From Kiritimatiellia bacterium (GTDB lineage: Bacteria; Verrucomicrobiota; Kiritimatiellia; JAAZAB01), in the NCBI GenBank assembly GCA_040767085.1, contig JAXGPF010000014.1, positions 83,434 through 147,433 of the forward strand: a stretch of 64,000 nucleotides of DNA. The letters run 5' to 3'. The position numbers and the translations under genes are program-made. Each line of letters begins with the position of its first letter. Position 1 is the first letter of the stretch. A model generated the notes under the pieces. That model had not been told where the DNA came from, ran no database searches, and was given only the letters and a program-made list of their open reading frames with translations. Positions 1 through 10,818 of this stretch are shown here, one piece after another.

Positions 1-1200
1 CATTTCCAGGGATACCCCCAGCATGTCATTGCCCGCCAGAAGATTCCAGGCCCGTTTGCGCCTGATCGGCCATACGAGTTCGGCTTCGAGGCGCGCGGCA
101 GGGACCTGATTCCGGATGAAGGCAACCCGGGGTGGCACGCCTATGCCACGCTGCGCATGCATGACACCGGCGACAAGGTCATCGCCCAGGAAGCCTTCGG
201 GCTGGATCATGGCGACACCGATTGGCGGCGTTACGCGCGCGATTTCAGCGTGCCGCCGGCAACGGAATATATTTCCGTGATCATTGGTGATTATCGCAAT
301 AACGGTGCGGTCTGGCTGGATGATTTTTGCCTGAGCGCCGGAGAATTGGCCGCGCACCGCGCCGAGCCGTATGTGGACGCGTCTTTTAAATGCGGCGCCG
401 ACCGCATGACCCTGGCGGAAATGCAATCCGCCGGCATCACGGCCTTGACGCATGTGCCGCCGCACCCGGAAATGTATGCGGCGGCGCGCAAATACGGCAT
501 GCGTATTCTGCCGTACGTCTCCGCCATCAAGGTCGCCAAAAGCGACGCAGGCCCCTGGGGGCCATGCGTGCTCCGGCATCATTTCTGGAGGGAAATAGAC
601 GTGGTGCGCCACCCGGAATGGCAGGCCTGGCATCGCGACGGCAGCGGACGGGAGGCGGAATATGCGATGAATTATTATCCGTATTTCAAGCTTGGCTGCC
701 ATTACCAGGCCGGCTACCGCGCAGCGATCACCCGCGGCGTTTTAAATCTGCTGGAAGACGGCGCGGGAGGAGTGTTCGTGGATAATGTTTCGGAATACCG
801 GCATAATGCCCTGCCGTGTTCCGGTCCGGCCCTGGGAAAACATCAACATCCGGACGGCGGCCAGGATCAATTTGATTATTACCTGGCGACATTAAGCAAC
901 ATGTATGCCCGGGCCAAGGCGGCGGACCCGGATTTCCTGGTTTTCATCAATGCCGGCATGCTGGATGTGTATGGCGGCAACGGCGACCTCAGCATGCATG
1001 AAAACGTTCTGCAATTGCCCCTTGCGGGATACCGCGGCAATATTCCTCCCGATTATTCCGAGTTGGATCACCGCCATTTGAACTGGCGCCGGTTCTGGAC
1101 CATCCATCAGCAGTTGCAGGAATACCAGGCCCGCTACCAAACAGATGTGTTCACCTCCACCACCGCCGGCGATGTTTGCTCCGCGCACGAAAATCTTTTT
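1..1200 (+). pseudogene. 5' part of a large glycoside-hydrolase-like protein (CBM4/9-like N-terminus, TIM-barrel-like region), interrupted by ISL3; starts before the window
   Basis: Frame 1 is open from base 1 (HFQGYPQH...) through ORF 157..1263; GAVWLDDF CBM-like motif and GAGGVFVDN barrel-like motif. It ends at target duplication ATCTTTTT (1193-1200) and joins in frame to 2740..5427. Confidence 0.85.
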
Positions 1201-2731
1201 GTTTCCTCACCAGAATTTGTGGGTGATTACCGGTTCGGGCAATTGCCCAAGGGTATGATATAGCGCCATTTCCGCGCCATGAAAAGTTCTGAAGCCATAA
1301 GATCGTTTGGTAACCACTCGAGCTTTATTGTTCAAGCCCTCGGTTGCGCCAGTAAAAACCTCGTTTCTGGCTCTGATCCAGTTCAAAAGCAGCTCCTCGT
1401 GTTTAGCAATGGTTTTAGCCGCCTTAATGATTGGCGCAATGCGGCTACGACAGGCGCGCTTGACCCATGCCTGGAGATAATTACGCGCCCAGGTTGGGCT
1501 GTGATAGCTCCAAAAATGCTGAAAGCTTTCCTTGAACAAATAGGCGCGGCCGGTTTGCAGTCTTGTGCCCAATATCCGATCAAGCATTTCGCGAGCTTTG
1601 CCGCGCACGCGGTTTGCGGCGCAGCAAGGTCCAGCGCATTTTCTTGAGTTTTTGCTTGGCCGCCGGACGCGCTGTCATCGCCGCCATATCCCGGCGCCGG
1701 ACCTCGTCCACGGCGGCATTCAAGGTTTGCACGACATGGAAGCGGTCAATCATGTGGCAACCGTGGCTGAGGCTCGCAGCAATGACTTTCAGATAAGGTC
1801 GCCACATATCGCTACATATATGTCGAATGCCGGCCAGCACGGGTTTTCCCAAAGATTGCAACCCTTTACGCAGCGCGCGGCCCGGCGGGTTTGGCCGACC
1901 CAGAGCAATCGGCGGCATTGCGCATCAATCTGATAGATCAAGGTCAGATAGTTCTTGCTCTTTTTACCGTTGCCTACGTGGAGTTCATCAACACCAATCG
2001 CCGTTATATTGGCCAATTCCCGGTGCGCCAAGCCCCATTCCACCATCCACTCGACCGACCGATAAACCGCCTGCCAACTGACTTTGAAAATCAGCGCCGT
2101 CTCTTTCCAGGACAACCTCCGCGCCCAGTTCCCCAAAAAAAGCATCAGCGCCTTGCTGTAGGGTCGTTTGCCATCGCTCCAAGGCAGCGCTTCCACCACC
2201 ACGCCATGTTCGGGGCAATTTACCCGGCGCGGACTATAATGCAAAAAAGCCGGCACATTCAAAATGGGCACAAACGCCCATATCCGTTCAGGCAGAGTGT
2301 CGTATGTCGCCAGCGGTCGCCCGCAACGCGAGCAGCATGCCGCGCGTTGGCGATGCGGACGAATGCTTATATCCACTTTCCATTGGCCGCGACGATCCAA
2401 AACCATACAAGTTTCCTGATAAATAAAACGTTTCAAAGGTTGCAAACGATTCAAAATTGTTTTAAGTTTCACCTTGGGCTGGTCCTCCTTTTTTTGTGTT
2501 CACCCATTGCATACGCAATGGATTACGGAAAGGCCAGCCTATTTTTTTGCCGCCGCTTTATCTCCGTTCCGCCATCGCGCCAATCAGGAGTTATTAATCA
2601 GGCTGCTGCGGGGCCGCCAAACGCCCAAAGCGGCAGGCTGTTAATAACTCCACCATCTTTGGGCGCCATTGCTTGGAGAACTTCTTAAACTTTAAAACCT
2701 GTTTTTTACCCACAAATTCTGGTTAGGAGCC
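1201..2731 (-). mobile_element. ISL3-family insertion sequence (1531 bp) with frameshifted transposase
   Basis: Terminal IRs GTTTCCTCACCAGAATTTGTGGGT (1201-1224) and reverse complement of 2708-2731 GGCTCCTAACCAGAATTTGTGGGT match 21/24; 8-bp TSD ATCTTTTT at 1193-1200 and 2732-2739. Confidence 0.95.
1207..2472 (-). pseudogene. ISL3 transposase split by two frameshifts (~1878 and ~1611)
   Basis: Three overlapping ORFs (1789..2472, 1580..1918, 1207..1608) carry consecutive ISL3 motifs: CSRC..CPEHG zinc finger, IGVDE, CSDMWRPY, IDRFHVV, TEGLNNKARVVTKRSYGFR. Confidence 0.9.
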
Positions 2732-2739
2732 ATCTTTTT

Positions 2740-5427
2740 TATTCTTTTGTCTTTGCGCGGATGATCGGCTACAACCAGTGGGGAGCAGGCATTAAAGGGC
2801 CGTATCCCCACGGGCGCCGGTGGGGGCGCTTGCCCGGCATGTCCGCGTTGCGCGCCCTGTATCGCCAATGGCGGGGCATCGGCGCGCCCCTGGCGCCGCC
2901 GGTAATCACCGCCAACCATGGCAGCCAGGCTTTCGAAAAGGCCTGCCTGGTCATTAATCCCACGCTGGAGGAACAGGAGATAACTTTTTCGGTGCGGCAC
3001 CTGGAACTGCCGGCGGTGGATTTGTTTTCCGGCCGCCCGCTGGACGCGGCCGGGGATGGCGCGGTTTCCATGCGCCTGCCGTTTTATGCCGGGCGGATCA
3101 TTGTGTCCCGCGCGGACGCGCTGCGGAACGAACTCGCGGAATTGCGCGGGCAATTGGAAGCGGTTTATCAATATCTGCGCGACAACTCAAGCTTGTCCAA
3201 TCCGCAATTCAAGCAAGGGCCTGCTTTTGAAATCCTGGCGGATTTACGCCGGGCCATCGGAGCGTTGCCGGCCGAGCCCCTGGAGATCAAGGCGGAGGAT
3301 TTTAACCGTTTGACCATGCGCCTGGCGGAATTGTCGCCGGCCGATTTTCTGGACGAGCCCGGGGCGCAGCTATGCGCCGCCGGGGACAGCCTGGATGGCG
3401 ATGCCGTCCGCAAATTGCTGGCCGCGCCGGACAGCCGGTTGTCCCCGCCGGAAATATGGGAAAGCGGCGAGGCGCGATATGCCATTTTGCGTTCGGCCGG
3501 CGCGGCCTACAGTTTTGAGCCGCATTTGAATTACGGCGCGGATGCCTTCCATAACTATGGTTCGGCGCCCGTCGGGCATGTCTGCTGTTCCGCCGAACGC
3601 CCGACGGAATGGCTGGTGTATCCGCAGGTATCCGCTCTGCGGTTTCAAGCGAGCATTTCCGCGCCGGACAATAAAACCATCAGCATGACGCAAGGCCGCT
3701 TAAAAAGCATCGAAAAACTTGCCGGTTCCGCCCGGGAACAAAACGTGTTGCTGCGGTATGCCCTGGAACCACCCGCCGCCGGTCCGGTTGAGGAGGAGCA
3801 TCCGGATTTGACCGTCATGGCCGCGCTGCATCAAGGCTCCCCGGTGTTATCGCTGGAAATCGGCCTGGAAAACACAAGCGGGCCCGTCCCCGGCGCCTGG
3901 ATTGAGGTCGCGCACATGACGGGGGTAACTGCGCCGGGCAGCGCGCGGCGCGCGGTGTTCGGCAGAGGGGCGGATGGCGCAACCAATTGGTTTTACCTGC
4001 CGGAACCGGAAAACAACCGCGCCGGGGAATTGGTCATCGGCCGGCCGGACTTGCGTTTTTTGCGCGGCCGCCTGGCCGGCCAGCCTGGCGCAAAGTTGAA
4101 ATTCGACGTGGTGCGTCTGCATGCCCATGATCATTATTTTCTCGATGGACGTTTGCGATTCGCGCGGCTGGCCGCCGGACGCGCGGCGCAATTGTTGAAC
4201 AATATCTACCTGGAGGCGCGGCCGAGTCCGTCAAACAAGGCGTTTATCGGGGAAAACGTGGAACTGAAACTGACGGCGGCCGATGCCGCGGGCGCAAATC
4301 ATGCCGGCGCGGAGTTTGCGCTGCAGGCGGATTTGACCGTGGTCAGCCGCCCGGGCATGGTGCAACCGGTGGCGGCGGAACAAGCGACGCCCGGCGTTTT
4401 TAAGCTCGTGGAGTTGGCCGCAACGGAGGGCGATGTGCTCATGTTGAACGGATCGGCGGTCATCCCAACCCCGGCGGCTGGAACTTTTCATGCCGAAAAG
4501 GCATGGCTTTTACGCATGCATAATCCGGTTATAAGCCGGTTAACCCGTCTGCCGCCGGCCGCGCCGGGCCAATGCCGTTACGAATTGCGGGTTATCAACA
4601 ACAGCGCCAGCCGTGACTTCCAGGGGCTGGCCCGTTTGACGCCGCATAACCAGGCCTGGCCGGTGGCGCCCGCCCAACATGAACTGCACATTGCGCCCGC
4701 GGGCGAATTCATCGGGGAATTCAGCATTACCGGCGGATCCAACGCCATCAACACCCTGGCCAGCGGCCAACTGGAACTGCAGCGGGACGCAAAAGTGCTG
4801 GAGAATCAGCGTTGCGGCATACACTTCTCGCCCACGGCGCGCGTGCCCTTTCTGCGGCAACCGCCCAAGCTGGACGGCAAGCTGCAGGATGCCGAATGGG
4901 CAGCGGCGGTTTTGTTGCCGGGCTTCCGGCGCGCGCGCACGGGCGCGCCGGACCCGGATACGCAGGTCCGGCTGGGTTATGACCAAAAGCATTTATATCT
5001 TGCCTTCCATTGCGGTAATTTTAATAATGGCGGGAATAAGCAGGAAGTTGAACCGGCGGCGCAAAATGTTTATGACGACGCCGCCTTGCGGGACGACAGC
5101 GTGGAAATATATCTGCGGCCGGATTTCCGGAATCCCGCGGCCGCGCCGGAGCGGCTGGGCATCAATTATCAGGGCAATTATAAAACGGAAAGCATCGCGG
5201 AATTTTCCGCCGCGGCCGGCGGCGGCCCGGGATATTGGACGCTGGAAGTCGCCATTCCTTTCGAGTCCCTGGGGCGGAACGCCCCGGCTTCCGGCGATGT
5301 CTGGAGCGGCAATTTCTGCCGCACCTATCATGCGGCGGCCGCGCCGGAGCGTTATGGCGCGGCCTGGTCTTTTTTGAGCGGCGGATACAACCAGCCGGAA
5401 CAGTTCGGCTGGCTGCATTTTGAGTGA
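2740..5427 (+). pseudogene. 3' part of the ISL3-interrupted large carbohydrate-active protein, with C-terminal CBM9-like (DOMON-type) sugar-binding domain
   Basis: Removing the IS and one TSD gives ...HENLF|YSFVFARMIGYN...; C-terminus has PKLDGKLQDAEW, RLGYDQKHLYLAFHC, DDSVEIYL, WTLEVAIPF, WSGNFCR, typical of CBM9-like domains. Confidence 0.85.
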
Positions 5428-5464
5428 GGCGGCGGGGGCGGGAATTCAACCAGCGAGGTATGAC

Positions 5465-6898
5465 ATGTTAAAATATCGGAAATTAAAAGTTTGGCTGGCG
5501 GTTTTAGGCGCCGGCGCGCTGGCCGGCGCCCCGGCGGTGTTGGCGCAGACCACCTGGTATGTGGCGACCAATGGCGCCGGCGGGGGAACGGGGGGCTGGC
5601 CGGAGGCCACCAACAGCCTGCCGGGCGCGATCCGCGCGGCGGCGGGCGGCGATACGGTGCTGGTCAGCAACGGGATTTACATTTCCACCGGCGCCATGGG
5701 CAATCGCGCCATGCTGAATATCACCAACGGGATTGCCGTGCGCAGCCTGGACGGCCGTGAGGAAACAGTCCTGGACGGCAATGCGCCGACAAGGGAAAAC
5801 ACGGTGGTTTATCTGGGCCATCCCGAAGCGGTGCTGGAAGGATTCACCATCACGCGCGGCCTGGCCGTCGGCGGCAGCCAGGCCTATCGTTATGGCGGCG
5901 GCGTGCTCATCACCAATGGCGGCGCGGTGCGGGATTGCCTGATCACCGGCAATGCCGCGGGAAGAACCAACTCCAGTAGCGGCCGCGGCGGCGGAGTATA
6001 TGTTTGCGCCGCTTCCGCGGCGTCTATCAGCAATTGCGTCATTTCGAACAATGTCACGGATACCGACACCCTGGGCGGCAGCACCGGCGGAACCGGCGGC
6101 GGCGTTTATATCGATGGGAGCGATGATGGAGAGCATGCGGTGGAGATTGTAAACAGCCGGATTGTCCATAATCTGTGCGGCGGAACGCAAGGCGGCGGAT
6201 TATATGCCGCCCGGGGCGTTTTCACCGGCTGCTTGATCGCGTGGAACCAGGCGCCCAGCACCAATGCTAACAACGGTTTAGGCGGCGGGATGACCTTATC
6301 AAAAACCGCTGAAGCGCGCAATTGCGTGATAGCAAGCAATTATGCCTATAAAGTATCCGGTGTACGCATGTATTATGGCGGATTGCTGCGCAATTGTTTG
6401 ATTGAAGGCAATCGCAGCGATGTTGAACCGGCGATTTACTTTTCCCAGGACGGCATGATGCAAAATTGCACGGTAGTGAATAATGTCAACAGCAATGGCT
6501 TGACGGGCGGCATCCAGATAACTCTAGCCGAAGGGTTGGTCAGCCTGGAAAACAATATCGTCTGGATGAATGACGCCCCCAATGGAACTTACAGTAATTA
6601 CTACCGGGGTTCCGGAACCATGGCGATATCCAATAACTGCGTGGGCTCCACCTCCGCGGATTTTCACCTCGATGATCCCGCGTATGGCAATATCAATACG
6701 CCGCCATTGTTTATGGATGAGGCAGGCGACTACCGGCTGCAAGCGCCATCGCCCTGCATCAATGCCGGCCAAACCCATCCCTGGATGCGGGGCGCGGTGG
6801 ACCTGGCCGGCCACCGCCGGCTGGATTGGGTGACCGGCGTGGTGGATATGGGGGGTTATGAATACGCGCCGCCGGGCACCCTGATCCAATTGCGTTGA
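5465..6898 (+). CDS. Secreted right-handed beta-helix repeat protein with choice-of-anchor-Q-like C-terminal domain
   Basis: GAGG upstream of ATG 5465; signal-like N-terminus (MLKYRKLKVWLAVLGAGALAGAPAVLA); repeated GGGV / xNCxIxxN units; DYRLQAPSPCINAG..DLAG..R..VDMGGYE; ends PPGTLIQLR. Confidence 0.85.
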   Translation: MLKYRKLKVWLAVLGAGALAGAPAVLAQTTWYVATNGAGGGTGGWPEATNSLPGAIRAAAGGDTVLVSNGIYISTGAMGNRAMLNITNGIAVRSLDGREETVLDGNAPTRENTVVYLGHPEAVLEGFTITRGLAVGGSQAYRYGGGVLITNGGAVRDCLITGNAAGRTNSSSGRGGGVYVCAASAASISNCVISNNVTDTDTLGGSTGGTGGGVYIDGSDDGEHAVEIVNSRIVHNLCGGTQGGGLYAARGVFTGCLIAWNQAPSTNANNGLGGGMTLSKTAEARNCVIASNYAYKVSGVRMYYGGLLRNCLIEGNRSDVEPAIYFSQDGMMQNCTVVNNVNSNGLTGGIQITLAEGLVSLENNIVWMNDAPNGTYSNYYRGSGTMAISNNCVGSTSADFHLDDPAYGNINTPPLFMDEAGDYRLQAPSPCINAGQTHPWMRGAVDLAGHRRLDWVTGVVDMGGYEYAPPGTLIQLR

Positions 6899-7125
6899 TG
6901 CCGGTGTCACCGCTAGTTTGCAAATAGCCGCGGGCTTCGTCCTGAAGGTGAAGCGCGGAACAGCAGATACCACATCGCGGAATGTCGCGGGCAATGCCTG
7001 TTGATGGTGAACGGTTTGATTTAAAGCAATTTTTCTCTTATGCATCTGATCCATCCTGTTGTTTCTGTCTTGAATTAACAACGGCGTCGTATGGAGATAA
7101 CAAGCAACAATACCGGAAATGTTTC

Positions 7126-10100
7126 ATGAGTTACGAGTTTTATGATGATTTTGCCGTTTATTCGGAAGGCGAACACCCGATTAGTTGGTTGGTTGAAGAG
7201 CATACAGCGCATTCGCATCGGCATGGTTGTGTGCATAATGGCGCATATGCATTGCTTTTACGCGACAACAAACACATGCCTTGCATGCCGCCGCTGTGCG
7301 ATTTTATTCTAACATGCAATTGTCACGGAGATCCTGGCGTGACGGAAGCCGCGGTTTACGTGTTCTTCCGCTATGATCCGGAGATATTGACCGGTTATTT
7401 TCTCAAGTATCTTTGGAACCGGCAGAGTGCAGTGACAGAGTTTGGTTTGATTCATAACAATATCCCGCTGCTCATCGACAAATATGAGAAAGATTTAGTC
7501 TTTACGGCGGATCCCGCCGGTGCGGATAATCGGCTGCGCCTGGAAGTAAGAGGAAACTTATTTGCGTTTTATCACAATGATGTTAATGCCGGAGTTTTTA
7601 AAGATACGCAACGCGCGCTTAACGGCGCCGGGAAAATTGCTTTTGACCGGCCACATGCGCGTGCGCCTGATCGAGGAATGATTTGGCTGAAAAATGTGCG
7701 TATTTCCTCTGACGATGCGATTGGCCGCCGGCCCGTCTGGCAGCCGATATCGATCCTTTTCCCTTCGAGTTACAACGGCATGGTTTCGCCTTATAATTTT
7801 CACTTGCAATCGTCGGCTTTACCAGGTTGTTTCGAGTTGAAGGCGCGTTTGACAGGTGGACCGGCAGAACGTCACGACACATCTTTTGATGATTATAAAA
7901 AAGCGCGTCATTGGATGAACGAGCTGATGACCGGGCCCTATCTGCGGATTGAAAACGGCTCCGGTCGATCCCTTGGTAAGTTTTACCTGTGCCGCGGGAC
8001 GGTTGGCCTGAATGCCAATTGGGATCGTCAGGCCACAGCTTTGCCCCCGGCGCAGCATGAGTGTCCGATCGAAAGGACTTTTATGCTCCCGGCATTGCCG
8101 GCGGACGCTAATCTGATTTTCGGATACGACTGTTATGAGGCCGAAGAACGGCAAATTTTAAAAGGGGGTCCGACAGAAATAATTATAGATCCGAAAACTG
8201 GTGCCGTTTTACATGGCGGGCCAGCTCTCGAAAACCGCAAATATTACATTGAAATCCGATCGGGCGGCCAAAAACAAATCTGCGCGCTTATTCCCGGTGA
8301 TGAACCGCGTTACGCGGAGGCCCTGGCATTTGCCGAAAATAATCATTATTTTTATACATCAGAACCGGTTGTTTTTCAAATCTCGGCTTATTGCAGGAAC
8401 CACGGGGATAATCCGGCAATAATCAAGAAGATTAAAATATCGGCGCGTTTACTGGATGTGTTTGCCAGGCCGGTAGGAAGTTGGCGCCATTTGCCCATAG
8501 ATGGAGAAAATAACGCAAACGCGGATATTTTGTTGCGCATGGGTTTTAATACATTTACAGCCAGGTTGGACTGGGGCAACCGTCCTGTAGGAGTTTATCA
8601 TGCGGAACTGCGTTTGCAATTGGCTGATTCAACAATTGCTTCGCTTGTGCGCGCGTTTGAAGTGATGCCGGTTGATCAAGAAGCTATCCCGGCGCCGTTG
8701 GCTTCCGGTTTGCCTGAATTATTGTGCGCGGAATTCTTTGAGTGTCAATCGCCGGCGGCCGGATTCGACCCATGGGTTGGTCGTGATGTTGATGAATATC
8801 ATTATGTCTCGCATAATGTGTTTGACGGCGCGTTTGCCAGGCGGAACAAAACGCGGCGTGTATTGCGCTTGTATCGAAGACGCTGCATGTTGTGGCTGTT
8901 CCCGTGGATGCCGGAAGGCGTCAATCCTGAGTTGTATAAAGATTTTCTTGCGGAAGCAGATTTAATTTATTCAGCCGGGATTATGCTCCGGTTTGATTTA
9001 TGGCGGCGGAGCACTTACGCGTGCCGTAAAGGCGGGTGGAGTTTGTCGTGCGATCCGCGTTTTTTTGAATGTTTTTTGGAATTTTTGCGCAGTCCTGTAT
9101 TTTTAAAATCGAATCATTCCGTATTGTCGGCTGAAATCGTGGAATCGCGGGGCAGTATAACGGAAGAAGAATTCTCAATTCTGGTTGATCAACATTGGAA
9201 AATATGGCTGGAATATTTTAATCGTTGGTATTCTAATGTTTATGCGCCGGTTGAATGCCAGCGCATGAAGGCTCTGGCGCCAAAATCGCAATGGGGATGG
9301 TTTGGGCCGTATCCGCCATATGGGTCCATATACAAATCCGCATATTTCGCGCGTTATATGGGCCGTGATCTTACCCTAAACTGGCATAAGGCATTGCAGG
9401 GCCCGCTGCGATTTGAAAGTTATCCGTATATTTGCGATTATCCTGTTCAACGCGATGTCTTTATGCTTGCTTCCATGAAAATGGAGGCGCCGGAAATGCG
9501 GTTGTATCCCGAAATATACGGGCTGGTGGCCTGTCCGACCGACGGCCATGTAATGAAAGGCAGCCCGCCTTACGGCCGTATCCGGACGCCAGGCGCTTCC
9601 TTGACGAAACGTTTTTATGAATATGCCTATGCCGCCGTGTGGCATGACGGCTCAGAATTTCGATATTGGCAGGATAACGGATTTCAACCGACGCATTGGG
9701 CGCGCGATCATTTTGCCGCCTTGCTTGCTGCCTGGCCGACCATTCGCGAGGTACGGCCCCTAAAGCCGGCGCGCACAACAGCTTTTGTTTACAGCCGTGC
9801 CGCTTGCATCCGACACCCAGATTTCCATGATCGCCGCAACCCGACTTATAATGGTCGTTCCGCTATGCCCGATGACGTTTTTAATACGGCGGAAGAGGCA
9901 ATTGCGTTTGCCTATGAAAAAGCTCGGTTGGACGGACAATCCGCCGGATTTGTCACGGAATTGAGGCATTTAGCTACGCTTGACCCGGAAGATGTGGATA
10001 CGCTGGTATTGCCTCCATTGAGCGGCTTGCCGGTAGAAAGTATAGGTATGATCCGCCGTTGCCATGAGAATGGCATGAATTTGCTGGCATTCGAGGAGGT

Positions 10101-10752
10101 CAACGGCCTGGAAGATGTGTTTGGCGTGGTATCAACAGATTCCGTGGCGGTCAACGAAATATTTGTTGCGCCGGAGTATAGCTCGGATAAACGGTGGCAT
10201 GAATTAGCCGGATATCGAGAACATGCGGCGCATTCCCTTTGCCGGGCGCATTATCAATCAAACGGGTGCCGGATTATATTAAACGGCATATCTTCATGTG
10301 GAAATACTATTCCTGTTTTGACGTTCAATCAGACCCCGTTTGGTTCAACCGCCTTGTTTACAATTCCGCCGACCGTAGTCCGCCGCGAAGATGGCGCTGG
10401 AGTGTATACTTATGGCAGCGCCAGTATAAGCCAGCTGATTAATCGCGCCCTGGCTTTAATATTGCGCCAACTGGGTTCGCCGATAGTCGAAACCACATCC
10501 GGCATATTAATCGCATTTTGGGATACGCAAAAAGCATTGCGTATTATTGTGGAGGAGGCCGGCGCTCCGGAATCCATTGCTCCGCATGAAGCGTTTGTGA
10601 CAATACGAATTCCAAAGCACACAATCGATAATATAGAATCTGCGCATCAATATGACCTTATAAAACAAGACGGCGGGGAAGCATGTTTACGCTTGGAGCT
10701 TGGCCGCAATGAATGCGCGCTGATAACTATACATATGCATGATAACAAATAA
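7126..10752 (+). CDS. Large uncharacterised protein, putative glycoside hydrolase (paralog 1 of 3, 1208 aa)
   Basis: Long ORF; start set at ATG 7126 (MSYEFYDDF) by alignment with the N-termini of 48915..52541 and 60429..64000; shares GPYPPYGS, YPE(I/V)YG and NTAEE..AYE.ARLDGQ.AGF blocks with them. Confidence 0.8.
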   Translation: MSYEFYDDFAVYSEGEHPISWLVEEHTAHSHRHGCVHNGAYALLLRDNKHMPCMPPLCDFILTCNCHGDPGVTEAAVYVFFRYDPEILTGYFLKYLWNRQSAVTEFGLIHNNIPLLIDKYEKDLVFTADPAGADNRLRLEVRGNLFAFYHNDVNAGVFKDTQRALNGAGKIAFDRPHARAPDRGMIWLKNVRISSDDAIGRRPVWQPISILFPSSYNGMVSPYNFHLQSSALPGCFELKARLTGGPAERHDTSFDDYKKARHWMNELMTGPYLRIENGSGRSLGKFYLCRGTVGLNANWDRQATALPPAQHECPIERTFMLPALPADANLIFGYDCYEAEERQILKGGPTEIIIDPKTGAVLHGGPALENRKYYIEIRSGGQKQICALIPGDEPRYAEALAFAENNHYFYTSEPVVFQISAYCRNHGDNPAIIKKIKISARLLDVFARPVGSWRHLPIDGENNANADILLRMGFNTFTARLDWGNRPVGVYHAELRLQLADSTIASLVRAFEVMPVDQEAIPAPLASGLPELLCAEFFECQSPAAGFDPWVGRDVDEYHYVSHNVFDGAFARRNKTRRVLRLYRRRCMLWLFPWMPEGVNPELYKDFLAEADLIYSAGIMLRFDLWRRSTYACRKGGWSLSCDPRFFECFLEFLRSPVFLKSNHSVLSAEIVESRGSITEEEFSILVDQHWKIWLEYFNRWYSNVYAPVECQRMKALAPKSQWGWFGPYPPYGSIYKSAYFARYMGRDLTLNWHKALQGPLRFESYPYICDYPVQRDVFMLASMKMEAPEMRLYPEIYGLVACPTDGHVMKGSPPYGRIRTPGASLTKRFYEYAYAAVWHDGSEFRYWQDNGFQPTHWARDHFAALLAAWPTIREVRPLKPARTTAFVYSRAACIRHPDFHDRRNPTYNGRSAMPDDVFNTAEEAIAFAYEKARLDGQSAGFVTELRHLATLDPEDVDTLVLPPLSGLPVESIGMIRRCHENGMNLLAFEEVNGLEDVFGVVSTDSVAVNEIFVAPEYSSDKRWHELAGYREHAAHSLCRAHYQSNGCRIILNGISSCGNTIPVLTFNQTPFGSTALFTIPPTVVRREDGAGVYTYGSASISQLINRALALILRQLGSPIVETTSGILIAFWDTQKALRIIVEEAGAPESIAPHEAFVTIRIPKHTIDNIESAHQYDLIKQDGGEACLRLELGRNECALITIHMHDNK

Positions 10753-10818
10753 GAATTCCGGAATAAATATTTTGCCCAATTGCGGATTATCAGGATCACG
10801 GGCACATGATGGCATAAG

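Noticed and set aside
1580-1918. Programmed ribosomal frameshifting of the ISL3 transposase
   Set aside because: No slippery heptamer at either shift, and ISL3 transposases are normally single ORFs.
6982-7125. 48-aa N-terminal extension of paralog 1; likewise ORF-track starts at 5420, 21926, 28164, 42005 and 42082
   Set aside because: Downstream ATGs match paralog N-termini or have clear RBS and signal-peptide context.
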